A stretch of DNA of 64,000 bases, taken from the NCBI GenBank assembly GCA_963796685.1, contig CAWCMR010000022.1:128001-192000 (forward strand), in the 5' to 3' direction. Positions 1-9,980 of this stretch are shown here, in pieces. A program made the translations under genes and the position numbers. Source of the stretch: an uncultured delta proteobacterium. Lineage in GTDB: Bacteria > Myxococcota_A > Polyangia > Fen-1088. Position 1 is the stretch's first letter. Every line of letters begins with the position of its first letter. The notes beneath the pieces are model-generated. The model worked only from the letters and a program-made list of their open reading frames with translations. It did no database searches and was not told where the DNA came from.

Positions 1-1
1 G

Positions 2-256
2 ATGAGCTCATGGTGGGTTCTGTGGATGGTATTCATGTTTCTGTTTCTCTTGTCCCCGGTTACCTATGGTTGGGGCTACCGCGGATGGGGACCGCCATAT
101 CCCCGGTATGTCCAGCGACGCCGCGGACTGCGGGCAACTACGATGGGGCAGCCAGCAGACCTTCGCCACCAGTCTTGGGGATGGGGAGGCGACTTCGTAT
201 GGATAGTGCTTCTGATAGCCGGGGGCTGGGCCTTCGCGGGCCTTTTGCTGCGATGA
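2..256 (+). CDS. Small Trp/Gly-rich two-TM membrane protein (paralogue of 34390-34647)
   Basis: Hydrophobic N- and C-termini; YGWGYRGWGPPYPRYVQRRR is identical in the second copy. Confidence 0.75.
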   Translation: MSSWWVLWMVFMFLFLLSPVTYGWGYRGWGPPYPRYVQRRRGLRATTMGQPADLRHQSWGWGGDFVWIVLLIAGGWAFAGLLLR

Positions 257-266
257 GGAGCCGTCA

Positions 267-1271
267 GTGAAATTGGGCATGGTCGGCCTCGGACGGATGG
301 GGGCCAACATGGTTCGGCGGCTCCTTGGGGCCGGCCATCAATGTGTGGTGTTCGACGTCCATGCGCAGGCAGCCGTCGATTTGGCGAAATTGGGCGCGGT
401 CGCGACACGCTCGCTCTCCGAGCTCATCGCCAAGCTGGAGACGCCGCGTGCGATCTGGATCATGGTACCTGCCGCCGTCGTTGATGCCACCCTCCGTGAC
501 ATCGCGCCGCTACTCGCGGCCGAAGATGTTGTCATCGACGGGGGAAATTCCTACTACCACGATGACATCCGCCGTGCGAAGACGCTTGGAGAGCGCGGAA
601 TCCACTATGTCGATGTCGGCACCTCCGGAGGCGTCTGGGGCTTCGAGCGCGGTTACTGTCAGATGATCGGGGGTGAGGACGCCATCGTCAAGAGACTCGA
701 CGACATCTTCTCCGCACTGGCGCCCGGTTTCGACGACGCGAGCAAGTCACCTCGGGATAACAAGGGAACTGTGGAGCGCGGCTACATCCATTGCGGCCCC
801 GCGGGGTCAGGGCACTTCGTCAAGATGGTGCACAATGGAATCGAGTACGGGATGATGGCGGCCTACGCCGAGGGACTCAACATTCTTCGCCACGCGAATG
901 TCGGGGCGAGTGAACGGACGTCGGATGCTGAAACCGCACCATTGCGACACCCTGAGCTTTATCAATATGATTTGAACCTTCCGGACATCGTCGAAACGTG
1001 GCGGCATGGCAGCGTCATTGGCTCTTGGCTCCTCGACCTCACCGCTGCAGCATTGAAGAAGAGTCCCGACCTCAAAGACTTCACGGGCCGCGTTTCGGAC
1101 TCTGGCGAAGGGCGATGGACTCTCAAGGCGGCCATCGACGAGGGCGTGCCTGCGCCCGTTCTGAGCACGGCGCTGACGCAGCGATTTGCGTCGCGAGGCG
1201 ACGAGGACTTCTCCAACAAGCTGCTCTCCGCGCTCCGATATCAGTTCGGCGGACATAAGGAGAAGCCCTGA
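267..1271 (+). CDS. gnd: Decarboxylating 6-phosphogluconate dehydrogenase, short (YqeC/GntZ) type
   Basis: GLGRMG Rossmann motif, IDGGNS, VGTSGG, GHFVKMVHNGIEYG, DSGEGRW, FGGH C-terminus. Confidence 0.95.
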   Translation: MKLGMVGLGRMGANMVRRLLGAGHQCVVFDVHAQAAVDLAKLGAVATRSLSELIAKLETPRAIWIMVPAAVVDATLRDIAPLLAAEDVVIDGGNSYYHDDIRRAKTLGERGIHYVDVGTSGGVWGFERGYCQMIGGEDAIVKRLDDIFSALAPGFDDASKSPRDNKGTVERGYIHCGPAGSGHFVKMVHNGIEYGMMAAYAEGLNILRHANVGASERTSDAETAPLRHPELYQYDLNLPDIVETWRHGSVIGSWLLDLTAAALKKSPDLKDFTGRVSDSGEGRWTLKAAIDEGVPAPVLSTALTQRFASRGDEDFSNKLLSALRYQFGGHKEKP

Positions 1272-1374
1272 TGCTACCTGTCCCTTCCGCGGGAAAGCCG
1301 GCCGAGGCGGCAATACTGGTGAACGTACCGAGGCTCGTCACGGCCTACTGTCAGCGACGCTTTGGGGGGCGGCC

Positions 1375-3540
1375 GTGACGTCTGAGCGGAAACTTGGCGA
1401 TTATGTGGCGGAAGTTTCCGAACGAGCGGATGTCCGCGTAGGCGTTCCCTTACCCTTGGGAACCTATAAGCAGGACGGAGGAGTCAACTTTGCCCTCTTC
1501 AGCCGCCATGCAAGCCGGGTACGGTTGGAACTGTTCGAACATCCTATGGACGGGAAGCCCTCCAGAGCGATTGACCTCGATCGAGAACGGAATCGGACCG
1601 GCGACGTGTGGCACGTCTGGGTAAAGGGAATCACTTCTGGGCAACTCTATGCCTATCGAGTGGACGGACCCTACCAACCAGGCGAAGGGCACCGCTTCAA
1701 TTTCAACAGACTTCTCCTGGATCCGTTCGCCAACGCGATCTCCCCGCTGCCCAAGTGGGATTTCAAGCCGGCACGTGGATATGACCCCTCGGCACCAGAA
1801 CAAGACTTGGCTATCTCGAAGCTAGACGATGCCCAATCCATGCCCAAGTGCGTGGTTGTGGACGAGCCCTTCGACTGGGACGCGGACCGGCCGCCTAGGC
1901 ATTCGTGGTCGGAAACCGTGATCTACGAGGTACATGTCCGAGGCATCACCATTCATCCGAGCTCGGGCGTGGCCCATCGCGGAACCTACCGAGGTCTGAT
2001 GGAGAAGATTCCCTACCTCAAGAGCCTCGGGGTGACGGCAGTGGAACTGATGCCTGTGCAGGAGTTCAATGAGGCTGCGGTTGGGCGAAACGATTCACCA
2101 ACGAGCCAAGCACTCAAGAACTACTGGGGATACGATCCCGTTGTCTTCTGCGCACCGAAAGGCTCGTACAGCAGCTCCGGAGGTTGCGGTCAGCAGAAGT
2201 TGGAGTTTAAGCAAATGGTGCGGGCCTTTCACAAGGCAGGAATCGAAGTGCTCCTGGATGTGGTATTCAATCACACCGCCGAGGGAGACGAGCTGGGGCC
2301 GACGCTCAATCTTCGCGGAATGGACAACGCGATCTTCTACACCCTGGCTGATGACAAACGCTACTACAAGGACTTCACGGGCACGGGCAATACCATCAAC
2401 GCAAATCATCCTGTCGTACGAGACCACATCTTGGGAGCACTGCGCACGTGGGTGATCGAGATGCACGTGGACGGCTTTCGATTCGACCTGGCATCGGTTC
2501 TAAGTCGAGACAGCACAGGCAAATTGCTCACCAATGCCCCATTGCTCGAACGTATCGCCCAGGATCCAATCCTGCGAGATGTGAAGCTCATCGCCGAGGC
2601 ATGGGATGCCGCTGGCGCCTACGAGGTCGGCAGCTTTTCAGAACGCCGATGGGCGGAATGGAATGGACGATATAGAGATGACGTACGCCGATTCTGGCGC
2701 GGCGATGCGGGGATGCTCGGTCTGTTTGCCAGTCGGATCTGTGGCAGCGCAGACATCTACAGCAAATCGGGCAAAGGCCCAGAGAGCAGCATCAACTTCA
2801 TCGCCTGTCACGACGGCTTCACCTTGAACGACCTGGTGAGCTATCGCAGCAAACACAATGAGGCCAACGGAGAAGACAACCGAGATGGCACGGACTACGA
2901 CTTCAGCGACAACCACGGCGTGGAAGGGCCCACCACCGATCCGGCAATCGAAACCCTGCGCAAACGCCAGATCAAAAACTTTCTCTTGACCCTATTCGTA
3001 TCGCGTGGCGTGCCAATGCTGCTCGCTGGCGACGAAGCTCGGCGTACACAGGGCGGTAACAACAACGCCTATTGCCAGGATAACGCGACTAGCTGGTTCG
3101 ACTGGGCCTCGCTAGAGCAGCACCGGGAAGTTCTTCGCTTCGCGCGCGGCATGATCGCATTTCGGCGGGCTCATCCCGTCCTGAGCAAAGAGCGATTCTA
3201 TGCAGATAAGGACATCCGTTGGTTTGGCACGCGGGGGGGGCTGCCGAATTGGGCTGAGCCGCAGGCAAAGCAGCTAGCTTGCTTCGTCAGAGAGGATGGG
3301 CAGAATTCACTCTGTCTGCTGTTTAACGCCGGCAAGGAGAGCGCCGACTTCCATCTGCCAGGGCAGCATTCGCCGTCTCGTTGGTGCATTGCGGCCGACA
3401 CCGGGCAGGATGAGGCAAAGGATCTGTTCGCGGCAGGCAAGGAACCGCGGCTCGAAGACTCTCGCGGCTATCGATTGGGCGCACATTCCAGCGCCATACT
3501 GCTGCTCCGAGGAACGGATGAGGAACCCGATGCCAATTAG
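1375..3540 (+). CDS. glgX: Glycogen debranching enzyme / isoamylase (GH13)
   Basis: GVNFALFS, NYWGYDP, DVVFNHTAE, DGFRFDLA, IAEAWD, CHDGFTL, GNNNAYCQDN; start (GTG 1375) uncertain. Confidence 0.93.
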   Translation: MTSERKLGDYVAEVSERADVRVGVPLPLGTYKQDGGVNFALFSRHASRVRLELFEHPMDGKPSRAIDLDRERNRTGDVWHVWVKGITSGQLYAYRVDGPYQPGEGHRFNFNRLLLDPFANAISPLPKWDFKPARGYDPSAPEQDLAISKLDDAQSMPKCVVVDEPFDWDADRPPRHSWSETVIYEVHVRGITIHPSSGVAHRGTYRGLMEKIPYLKSLGVTAVELMPVQEFNEAAVGRNDSPTSQALKNYWGYDPVVFCAPKGSYSSSGGCGQQKLEFKQMVRAFHKAGIEVLLDVVFNHTAEGDELGPTLNLRGMDNAIFYTLADDKRYYKDFTGTGNTINANHPVVRDHILGALRTWVIEMHVDGFRFDLASVLSRDSTGKLLTNAPLLERIAQDPILRDVKLIAEAWDAAGAYEVGSFSERRWAEWNGRYRDDVRRFWRGDAGMLGLFASRICGSADIYSKSGKGPESSINFIACHDGFTLNDLVSYRSKHNEANGEDNRDGTDYDFSDNHGVEGPTTDPAIETLRKRQIKNFLLTLFVSRGVPMLLAGDEARRTQGGNNNAYCQDNATSWFDWASLEQHREVLRFARGMIAFRRAHPVLSKERFYADKDIRWFGTRGGLPNWAEPQAKQLACFVREDGQNSLCLLFNAGKESADFHLPGQHSPSRWCIAADTGQDEAKDLFAAGKEPRLEDSRGYRLGAHSSAILLLRGTDEEPDAN

Positions 3541-4159
3541 GACGTTGTTCGTGGACATTGGAGGGGTACTGCTCAGCGACGGATGGGATAATCACGCTCG
3601 CAGAAGGGCGGCCAAGAAATTCAAGCTCGAGTCAGCCGAGATGGAAATACGACACCAGATGACCTTCGACACCTACGAGGAAGGCAGACTGACTGAGGAA
3701 GAGTATCTGAACCACGTGGTCTTCTTTCGAAGGCGGACGTTCACTCGGGCGCAGTTTCGGAAATTCATGTTCGCTCAATCGACGCCCTACCCCAAGATGC
3801 TCGCGCTGGTTGGTGAGCTCAAGGCAAAGTACAAGCTAAAGGTCGTCGCGGTTAGCAACGAGGCTCGCGTACTGAATGACTACCGCATTCAAGAGTTCAA
3901 GCTCGACAAGATGATAGATGCGTACGTCTCGTCGTGCTATGTCCACCTACGCAAGCCTGATGCGGACATTTTTCGGCTGGCGTTGGATGTTGCACACACG
4001 CCAGTGCAACAAGTGGCTTACGTCGAAAACACCCCAATGTTCGTCGAGATTGCGACCAGTTTGGGAATACGAAGCGTTCTTCACACGGGCTACAGGTCCA
4101 CGTGCGCCAAACTGGCCTCATTCGGCTTGCGGAACGGCGAAGAGAAGAGGGGTCGATGA
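3530..4159 (+). CDS. HAD-family phosphatase
   Basis: FVDIGGVL motif I and RKPD motif; ATG overlaps the glgX end. Confidence 0.85.
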   Translation: MPIRTLFVDIGGVLLSDGWDNHARRRAAKKFKLESAEMEIRHQMTFDTYEEGRLTEEEYLNHVVFFRRRTFTRAQFRKFMFAQSTPYPKMLALVGELKAKYKLKVVAVSNEARVLNDYRIQEFKLDKMIDAYVSSCYVHLRKPDADIFRLALDVAHTPVQQVAYVENTPMFVEIATSLGIRSVLHTGYRSTCAKLASFGLRNGEEKRGR

Positions 4160-5427
4160 AGCCAACTAGCCGACGCATTCTGACGGTCAACGGCGGCTCC
4201 TCGAGCATCAAATTTGCTCTGTTCGAGGTCGGCGACTCGTTTCGACGCATATTGAAAGGTGGGATCGAGCGGATCGGCCAACCAGATGCTACCTTCTCTG
4301 TGAAAAGTCCGAACCAGCGGGATACATCCTCTTGGTCGGTGGCGGCACCGGATCATACTGCGGCGGTCGGCGCTCTAATGGATTGGGTTGCGGAGCGCGG
4401 CCGGAGCGATGAATTATTCGCGGTAGGTCATCGCCTGGTGCATGGCGGGCCGGCGTATAGCAGCCCGCAACGCATCACCGAGGCAATGGTCGAGGCGCTA
4501 CACCGGCTCAGCCCCTTCGATCCTGAGCATCTGCCTGAAGAGATCCTGTTGACCGAGGCATTTCACCGTCGGTTCCCGGACCTGCCTCAAGTGGCGTGTT
4601 TCGACACCGCCTTTCACAATGAGCTGCCTCGCGTGGCCCGGTTGCTACCGATCCCACGACGTTACGAAGCCCAGGGGGTGCGGCGTTACGGGTTTCATGG
4701 CCTGTCGTATGCCTTTCTCATGGGTGAGCTTGCTCGGCTGGCCGGCGCGGAAGCGGCAGAGGGCAAGGTGATCCTCGCCCACCTTGGCAATGGTTCGAGC
4801 CTGGCCGCGGTAAACCATGGGAAATCCGTGGATACCAGCATGGGCTTCACGCCGACAGCAGGGGTGCCAATGAGTACCCGCTCGGGCGACCTCGATCCCG
4901 GCCTGGTTTGGTATCTGGCGCGCACTGAAAAGATGACGGCAAAGCAGTTCAATGAGATGACCAACTTCCATTCCGGACTACTCGGGGTGTCCGAGACCAC
5001 TTCCGACATGCGTGAGCTGCTCGACCGCGAAAAGGAGGACGTGCGCGCAGCCGAGGCGGTGGCGCTATTCTGCTACCAGATCAAGAAATGGATCGGGTCA
5101 TTCGCAGCGGCGATGGGCGGACTGGACACGCTCGCGTTCGCTGGCGGTATCGGCGAAAACGCAAATGCAGTCCGTGCGCGGATTTGCAGAGATCTGGGTT
5201 TTCTAGGAATCGAGCTCGACGAGGAGCGCAACACCGCGAATGATGGTGTGATCTCCGCGGCGACCAGCCGGGTGGACGTCCGAGTGATTCACACCGATGA
5301 AGAGCTGATGATTGCGCGCTCCGTGTGCCGCGTCCTTGGGCTCGCAATTGCGAGTGAAGCAATGACGGAAGCCCCGACCACGCAGGACCACGAGCATCCA
5401 ACTGTGAGGAAAACGGAAGGAATATGA
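4156..5427 (+). CDS. ackA: Acetate/propionate kinase
   Basis: NGGSSSIKF, GHRLVHGG, CFDTAFH, RRYGFHGLSY, HLGNGSS, TSMGFTP, FAGGIGEN. Confidence 0.95.
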   Translation: MKPTSRRILTVNGGSSSIKFALFEVGDSFRRILKGGIERIGQPDATFSVKSPNQRDTSSWSVAAPDHTAAVGALMDWVAERGRSDELFAVGHRLVHGGPAYSSPQRITEAMVEALHRLSPFDPEHLPEEILLTEAFHRRFPDLPQVACFDTAFHNELPRVARLLPIPRRYEAQGVRRYGFHGLSYAFLMGELARLAGAEAAEGKVILAHLGNGSSLAAVNHGKSVDTSMGFTPTAGVPMSTRSGDLDPGLVWYLARTEKMTAKQFNEMTNFHSGLLGVSETTSDMRELLDREKEDVRAAEAVALFCYQIKKWIGSFAAAMGGLDTLAFAGGIGENANAVRARICRDLGFLGIELDEERNTANDGVISAATSRVDVRVIHTDEELMIARSVCRVLGLAIASEAMTEAPTTQDHEHPTVRKTEGI

Positions 5428-5594
5428 CCATGAAGAACACGACATCCACGACGAAGGACCCGATCTGCGGAATGACAGTGGACGGAGCAACGGCTTTCCA
5501 CGCCGAACGCGATGGCAAGACATACTCCTTTTGTAGCGATCACTGCCGGATGAAGTTCCTATCCACCCCGGAGGCTACCTCGCACGACGAGTAA
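5424..5594 (+). CDS. Stand-alone YHS-domain (metal-binding) protein, 56 aa, absent from the ORF track
   Basis: Hand translation MTMKNTTSTTKDPICGMTVD...DGKTYSFCSDHCRMKF; DPxCGM and YxFCSxxC motifs; ATGA overlap with the ackA stop. Confidence 0.85.
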   Translation: MTMKNTTSTTKDPICGMTVDGATAFHAERDGKTYSFCSDHCRMKFLSTPEATSHDE

Positions 5595-5636
5595 CAGCGG
5601 AAGAGTCTTAACGCGAAGAGAGAAAGGGACATTGTC

Positions 5637-6407
5637 ATGCTATATAGAGCGAAGATACTAAGTGGTTACAAGCTGGACAGCCTCGACGGCGAGATGGGAA
5701 GGGTAGAAGAATTCTACTTCGACGACAAGCACTGGGTGGTTCGCTATTTGGTTGCCGATGCAGGCAGGTGGCTCACGGGACGACATGTGCTGCTATCGCC
5801 GTATGCGCTGGGCGCCGTGAGCGGCGAAAAGCACCGGGTTACGGTGGATTTGACGAAGAAGCAGATTCAGGACAGCCCCGCCTTGGATCGCGATAAACCT
5901 GTCTCCAGGCAATTCGAGGAATCGTATTATGGGTATTATGGCTGGCCCATGTATTGGGGTGGCCCGTACATGTGGGGCTCGTATCCCTACATTGCGCGCG
6001 ATCGTAAGGATTGGAAGAATCGCGCCAAGGCCGAGAACAACTGGGATCCGCATTTGCGCAGTACTTCGGATGTGACTGGGCATAAGATCGAAGCCAGCGA
6101 TGGCGCGATAGGGCACGTTGAAGACTTCATCATTGACGACGAGACCTGGGCGATTCGCTATCTCATCGTCGATACTCGGAACTGGTGGCCTGGAAAGCGT
6201 GTGCTTATCGCGCCGCAATGGATTGAGCGAGTCAGTTGGATGGAGTCGAAGGTCTTCGTCCGCCTCTCTCGCGAAGCGATCAAGCAGGCGCCGGAATTCA
6301 CCGAGGATTCTGTGCTGACTCGCGAGTATGAGGATGCTCTGCATCGGCATTACAATCGGCGGGGATACTGGACCGACGAGGCCGCGGCGCGGGCGGAATT
6401 CCGTTAA
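5637..6407 (+). CDS. Tandem PRC-barrel domain protein
   Basis: Two repeats of DGxxGxVEx(F)xxDDxxWxxRYLxxD; DPHLRS linker. Confidence 0.85.
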   Translation: MLYRAKILSGYKLDSLDGEMGRVEEFYFDDKHWVVRYLVADAGRWLTGRHVLLSPYALGAVSGEKHRVTVDLTKKQIQDSPALDRDKPVSRQFEESYYGYYGWPMYWGGPYMWGSYPYIARDRKDWKNRAKAENNWDPHLRSTSDVTGHKIEASDGAIGHVEDFIIDDETWAIRYLIVDTRNWWPGKRVLIAPQWIERVSWMESKVFVRLSREAIKQAPEFTEDSVLTREYEDALHRHYNRRGYWTDEAAARAEFR

Positions 6408-6437
6408 CGGCTGCTCGCCTAGGAAAGGGACATTGTT

Positions 6438-6578
6438 ATGAACCATAATTACGGATGGATGGGCGGATGGATGAGTGGCCGGATGGGTGGGGGAGTGTGG
6501 ATTTGGCCGGTGAGTGCCGCGCTGATGGTGGCGCTGGTCATCGTCGTAATCGTGAAACTGTCAAGAAAGAGGCCGTGA
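6438..6578 (+). CDS. 46-aa Gly/Met/Trp-rich single-TM peptide, absent from the ORF track
   Basis: [46 protein letters not shown]; same RBS leader as the PRC gene. Confidence 0.65.
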   Translation: MNHNYGWMGGWMSGRMGGGVWIWPVSAALMVALVIVVIVKLSRKRP

Positions 6579-6585
6579 GGTAACC

Positions 6586-8958
6586 ATGACTACCGATCCG
6601 CTGTCTCGGGAGCTGCTCCACAGGATGGATGCCTACTGGCGCGCCGCCAACTACCTGGCAGTCGGCCAGATCTATCTCTACGACAATCCGCTTTTGAGGC
6701 GACCGCTGACGCTGGCCGACGTGAAGCGCATGCTCCTGGGACACTGGGGCACGACCCCCGGCCAGAACTTCATTTACGTGCATTTGAACCGGGTCATCAA
6801 GAAATATGACCTCGACATGATCTACGTCTCGGGCCCAGGGCATGGTGGGCCGGCGGTCGTGGGCAACACCTATCTCGAGGGCACCTACAGCGAGATCTAC
6901 CCCAATGTTGGCCAGGACGAGGCCGGGCTTCGGAAGCTGTTCCTTCAGTTTTCGTTCCCTGGAGGCATCCCCAGCCACGCCTCGCCGGAATGCCCCGGGT
7001 CAATCCACGAAGGCGGCGAGCTCGGGTACTCGCTCAGCCATTCATTCGGGGCGGTCTTCGACAATCCCAATCTCACCGTCGCGTGTGTCGTGGGCGACGG
7101 AGAGGCCGAGACGGGACCTCTGGCCACGGCGTGGCAATCGAACAAGTTTCTCAACCCGATTAGCGACGGAGCCGTGCTGCCGATCTTGCACCTCAATGGC
7201 TACAAGATCAGCAACCCTACGGTCCTCGCCCGGATCGAGCATGAGGAATTGGAGCAATTCCTACGAGGTTGTGGTTGGACGCCCCTTTTTGTAGAGGGCG
7301 ATGAGCCAGAGAAGATGCATCAGCTCATGGCCAGTACTCTGGACCTGGCCATGGAGAGCATTCGCCAAATCCAAAGCCATGCTAGGGGCAACAACGACTC
7401 GGCCCGGCCACGCTGGCCAATGATCGTGCTCAGATCGCCCAAGGGTTGGACAGGTCCCAAGATGGTCGATGGCCTGCAGGTTGAAGGCACATTCCGCGCG
7501 CACCAGGTGCCGCTCTCCGATCCGGCCACCCATCCCGAGCACCTCAAGCTCCTGGAAGACTGGCTGCGCAGCTATCGGCCGGAGGAGCTCTTCGATGCGC
7601 AGGGGCGCCTGAAGCCGGAGCTGGCCGAGCTGGCGCCGAAGGGCGATCGACGCATGGGTGCCAACCCGCATGCCAATGGCGGCATTTTGCTCCGGGACCT
7701 GCGGATGCCGGATTTCCGAGACTACGCGGAGGCCGTGCCAGCACCAGGGGCTCGCGGAATCGGCGACGTGCATGTACTCGGCCCGTTCCTGCGCGATGTG
7801 GCCAAGCTGAACGCGGAGAAGCGCAACTTCCGCGTCTTCGGGCCGGACGAGACGCTCTCCAACGGTCTGGAAGCCCTCTTCCAGGTGACGAAGCGCCAGT
7901 GGAACGCGGCGACCGTGCCGAACGACGAATTTCTCGCCCCCGCAGGACAGGTGCTGGATTCGATGCTCAGCGAGCACCAGTGCGAGGGCTGGCTGGAAGG
8001 GTACTTGCTCACCGGGCGGCACGGCATGTTCAACTGTTACGAAGCATTCATCCACATCATCGATTCGATGTTCAATCAGCACGCCAAGTGGCTCAAGGTC
8101 ACGGCGCACCTACCATGGCGGCGGAAGATCGCCTCGCTGAACTACCTGCTGGCGTCGCATGTCTGGCGGCAGGACCATAATGGCTTCACCCACCAGGATC
8201 CCGGCTTCATCGACCACGTCGTGAACAAGAAGGCGGAGATCGTGCGGGTCTATCTTCCGCCGGACGCCAATTGCCTGCTGTCGGTGATGGACCACTGCCT
8301 GCGCAGCCGCCACTATATCAACGTTGTGATCGCGGGCAAGCACCCCGCGCCTCAATGGCTGACCATGGACGCAGCCGTCAAACACTGCACCGAGGGCATT
8401 GGCATCTGGCAGTGGGCCAGCAACGACCAGGGGGTTGCCCCGGATGTGGTCATGGCCTGCTGTGGCGATGTGCCGACGCTGGAGACGCTCGCCGCCGTTT
8501 CCATCATGCGCGAACATTTGCCCGAGCTGAAGATCCGGGTCGTCAATGTCGTCGATCTCATGAGGTTGCAACCGCAATCCGAGCATCCGCACGGGCTCAG
8601 CGATGTGGACTTCGACGAGCTCTTCACCAAGGACAAGCCGGTCATTTTCGCCTACCACGCCTACCCGTGGTTGATCCACCGGCTTACCTACCGCCGGACC
8701 AACCACGACAACATCCACGCCCGGGGGTACAAGGAAGAAGGGACCATCACCACCCCTTTCGACATGACGGTATTGAACGATTTGGACCGCTTCCACCTGG
8801 TGATGGACGTCATCGACCGCTTGCCCAAGACTGGCGAAAATGGCATCTACCTGAAGCAGCAACTGAAGGACAAGCTTGTCGAGCACAAGCAATACATCGA
8901 GAAATACGGTGAGGATCTGCCGGAGATTCGGAACTGGAAGTGGGATCCACGCCAATGA
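6586..8958 (+). CDS. xfp: Xylulose-5-P/fructose-6-P phosphoketolase
   Basis: [33 protein letters not shown] motif, [20 protein letters not shown]. Confidence 0.96.
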   Translation: MTTDPLSRELLHRMDAYWRAANYLAVGQIYLYDNPLLRRPLTLADVKRMLLGHWGTTPGQNFIYVHLNRVIKKYDLDMIYVSGPGHGGPAVVGNTYLEGTYSEIYPNVGQDEAGLRKLFLQFSFPGGIPSHASPECPGSIHEGGELGYSLSHSFGAVFDNPNLTVACVVGDGEAETGPLATAWQSNKFLNPISDGAVLPILHLNGYKISNPTVLARIEHEELEQFLRGCGWTPLFVEGDEPEKMHQLMASTLDLAMESIRQIQSHARGNNDSARPRWPMIVLRSPKGWTGPKMVDGLQVEGTFRAHQVPLSDPATHPEHLKLLEDWLRSYRPEELFDAQGRLKPELAELAPKGDRRMGANPHANGGILLRDLRMPDFRDYAEAVPAPGARGIGDVHVLGPFLRDVAKLNAEKRNFRVFGPDETLSNGLEALFQVTKRQWNAATVPNDEFLAPAGQVLDSMLSEHQCEGWLEGYLLTGRHGMFNCYEAFIHIIDSMFNQHAKWLKVTAHLPWRRKIASLNYLLASHVWRQDHNGFTHQDPGFIDHVVNKKAEIVRVYLPPDANCLLSVMDHCLRSRHYINVVIAGKHPAPQWLTMDAAVKHCTEGIGIWQWASNDQGVAPDVVMACCGDVPTLETLAAVSIMREHLPELKIRVVNVVDLMRLQPQSEHPHGLSDVDFDELFTKDKPVIFAYHAYPWLIHRLTYRRTNHDNIHARGYKEEGTITTPFDMTVLNDLDRFHLVMDVIDRLPKTGENGIYLKQQLKDKLVEHKQYIEKYGEDLPEIRNWKWDPRQ

Positions 8959-9978
8959 ACACCCGTGGGCTTATAGATACCGCGAAGACGCTGGTGGCTG
9001 GCGACAGGGGACTTCTGGCGATGGATGAGAGCAATCCAACCTGCAACAAGCGATTCGCAAAGTTGGGAATTCCACAGACCGAGGATGCGCGGCGGTCGTA
9101 TCGAGAGCTAATTGTCACTACCCCCGGACTCGGGGAGAGCATTAGTGGCGCGATCCTCTACGACGAGACGATTCGTCAGCAGAAGAAGGATGGCACTCCC
9201 TTTGTTGCAGCCATCATCGACGCTGGAATCATACCGGGCATCAAAGTCGACACCGGGGCAAAGAACATGGCTGGGCACTGCGGAGAGAAGGTGACCGAGG
9301 GCCTGGACGGGTTACGCGGGCGCTTGGCCGAATATTCCAAGATAGGCGCCCGCTTTGCCAAGTGGCGCGCTGTGTTTGCCGTGGCCGACAAGACTCCCAG
9401 CCGCAGCTGCGTCGAAGCGAATGCGCACGCGCTGGCGCGCTACGCGGGCTTGTGCCAGGAGGCCGGGATTGTCCCCGTCGTCGAGCCGGAAGTGCTCATG
9501 GTCGGCGAGCACACCTTGGAACGGTGCCGTGAGGTAACGGAGGAGGTCCTGCGAGCGGTCTTCAACCAGCTTTACGGCCAGCGGGTGATGCTGGAAGGAA
9601 TGCTTCTGAAGCCCAACATGGTCGTTCCGGGATTGACCTGCCCCACGCAAGAGACGGTGGACGAGGTGGCCGATGCCACGGTGAGATGTCTCTTGCGCGC
9701 CGTCCCCGCCGCTGTGCCAGGAATTGCGTTCCTGTCGGGCGGCCAATCCGGCGAGCTGGCCTCGGCCCGCCTGAGTACCATGAATGCCAGATTCAAGTCG
9801 CAGACTGCCTTGGGCGTTGGCGTTTTCGTTTGCGCGTGCCATCCAACAACCCGCATTGGAGATCTGGCAAGGCGAGGAGGCGAACGTGCCGGCGGCACAG
9901 AAAGCTCTCTACCATCGAGCCAAATGCAACCAGGTGGCGCGCCGCGGGCAATACAACTCCACGATGGAGGGGGTTTGA
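8955..9978 (+). pseudogene. fba: Class I fructose-bisphosphate aldolase with a +1 frameshift near 9802 (real or read error)
   Basis: GLLAMDES, FAKWR, VEPEVL, LLKPNMV, FLSGGQS in one frame; the C-terminus LPWALAFSFARAIQ...STMEGV continues in the 9784..9978 frame. Confidence 0.85.
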
Positions 9979-9980
9979 CC

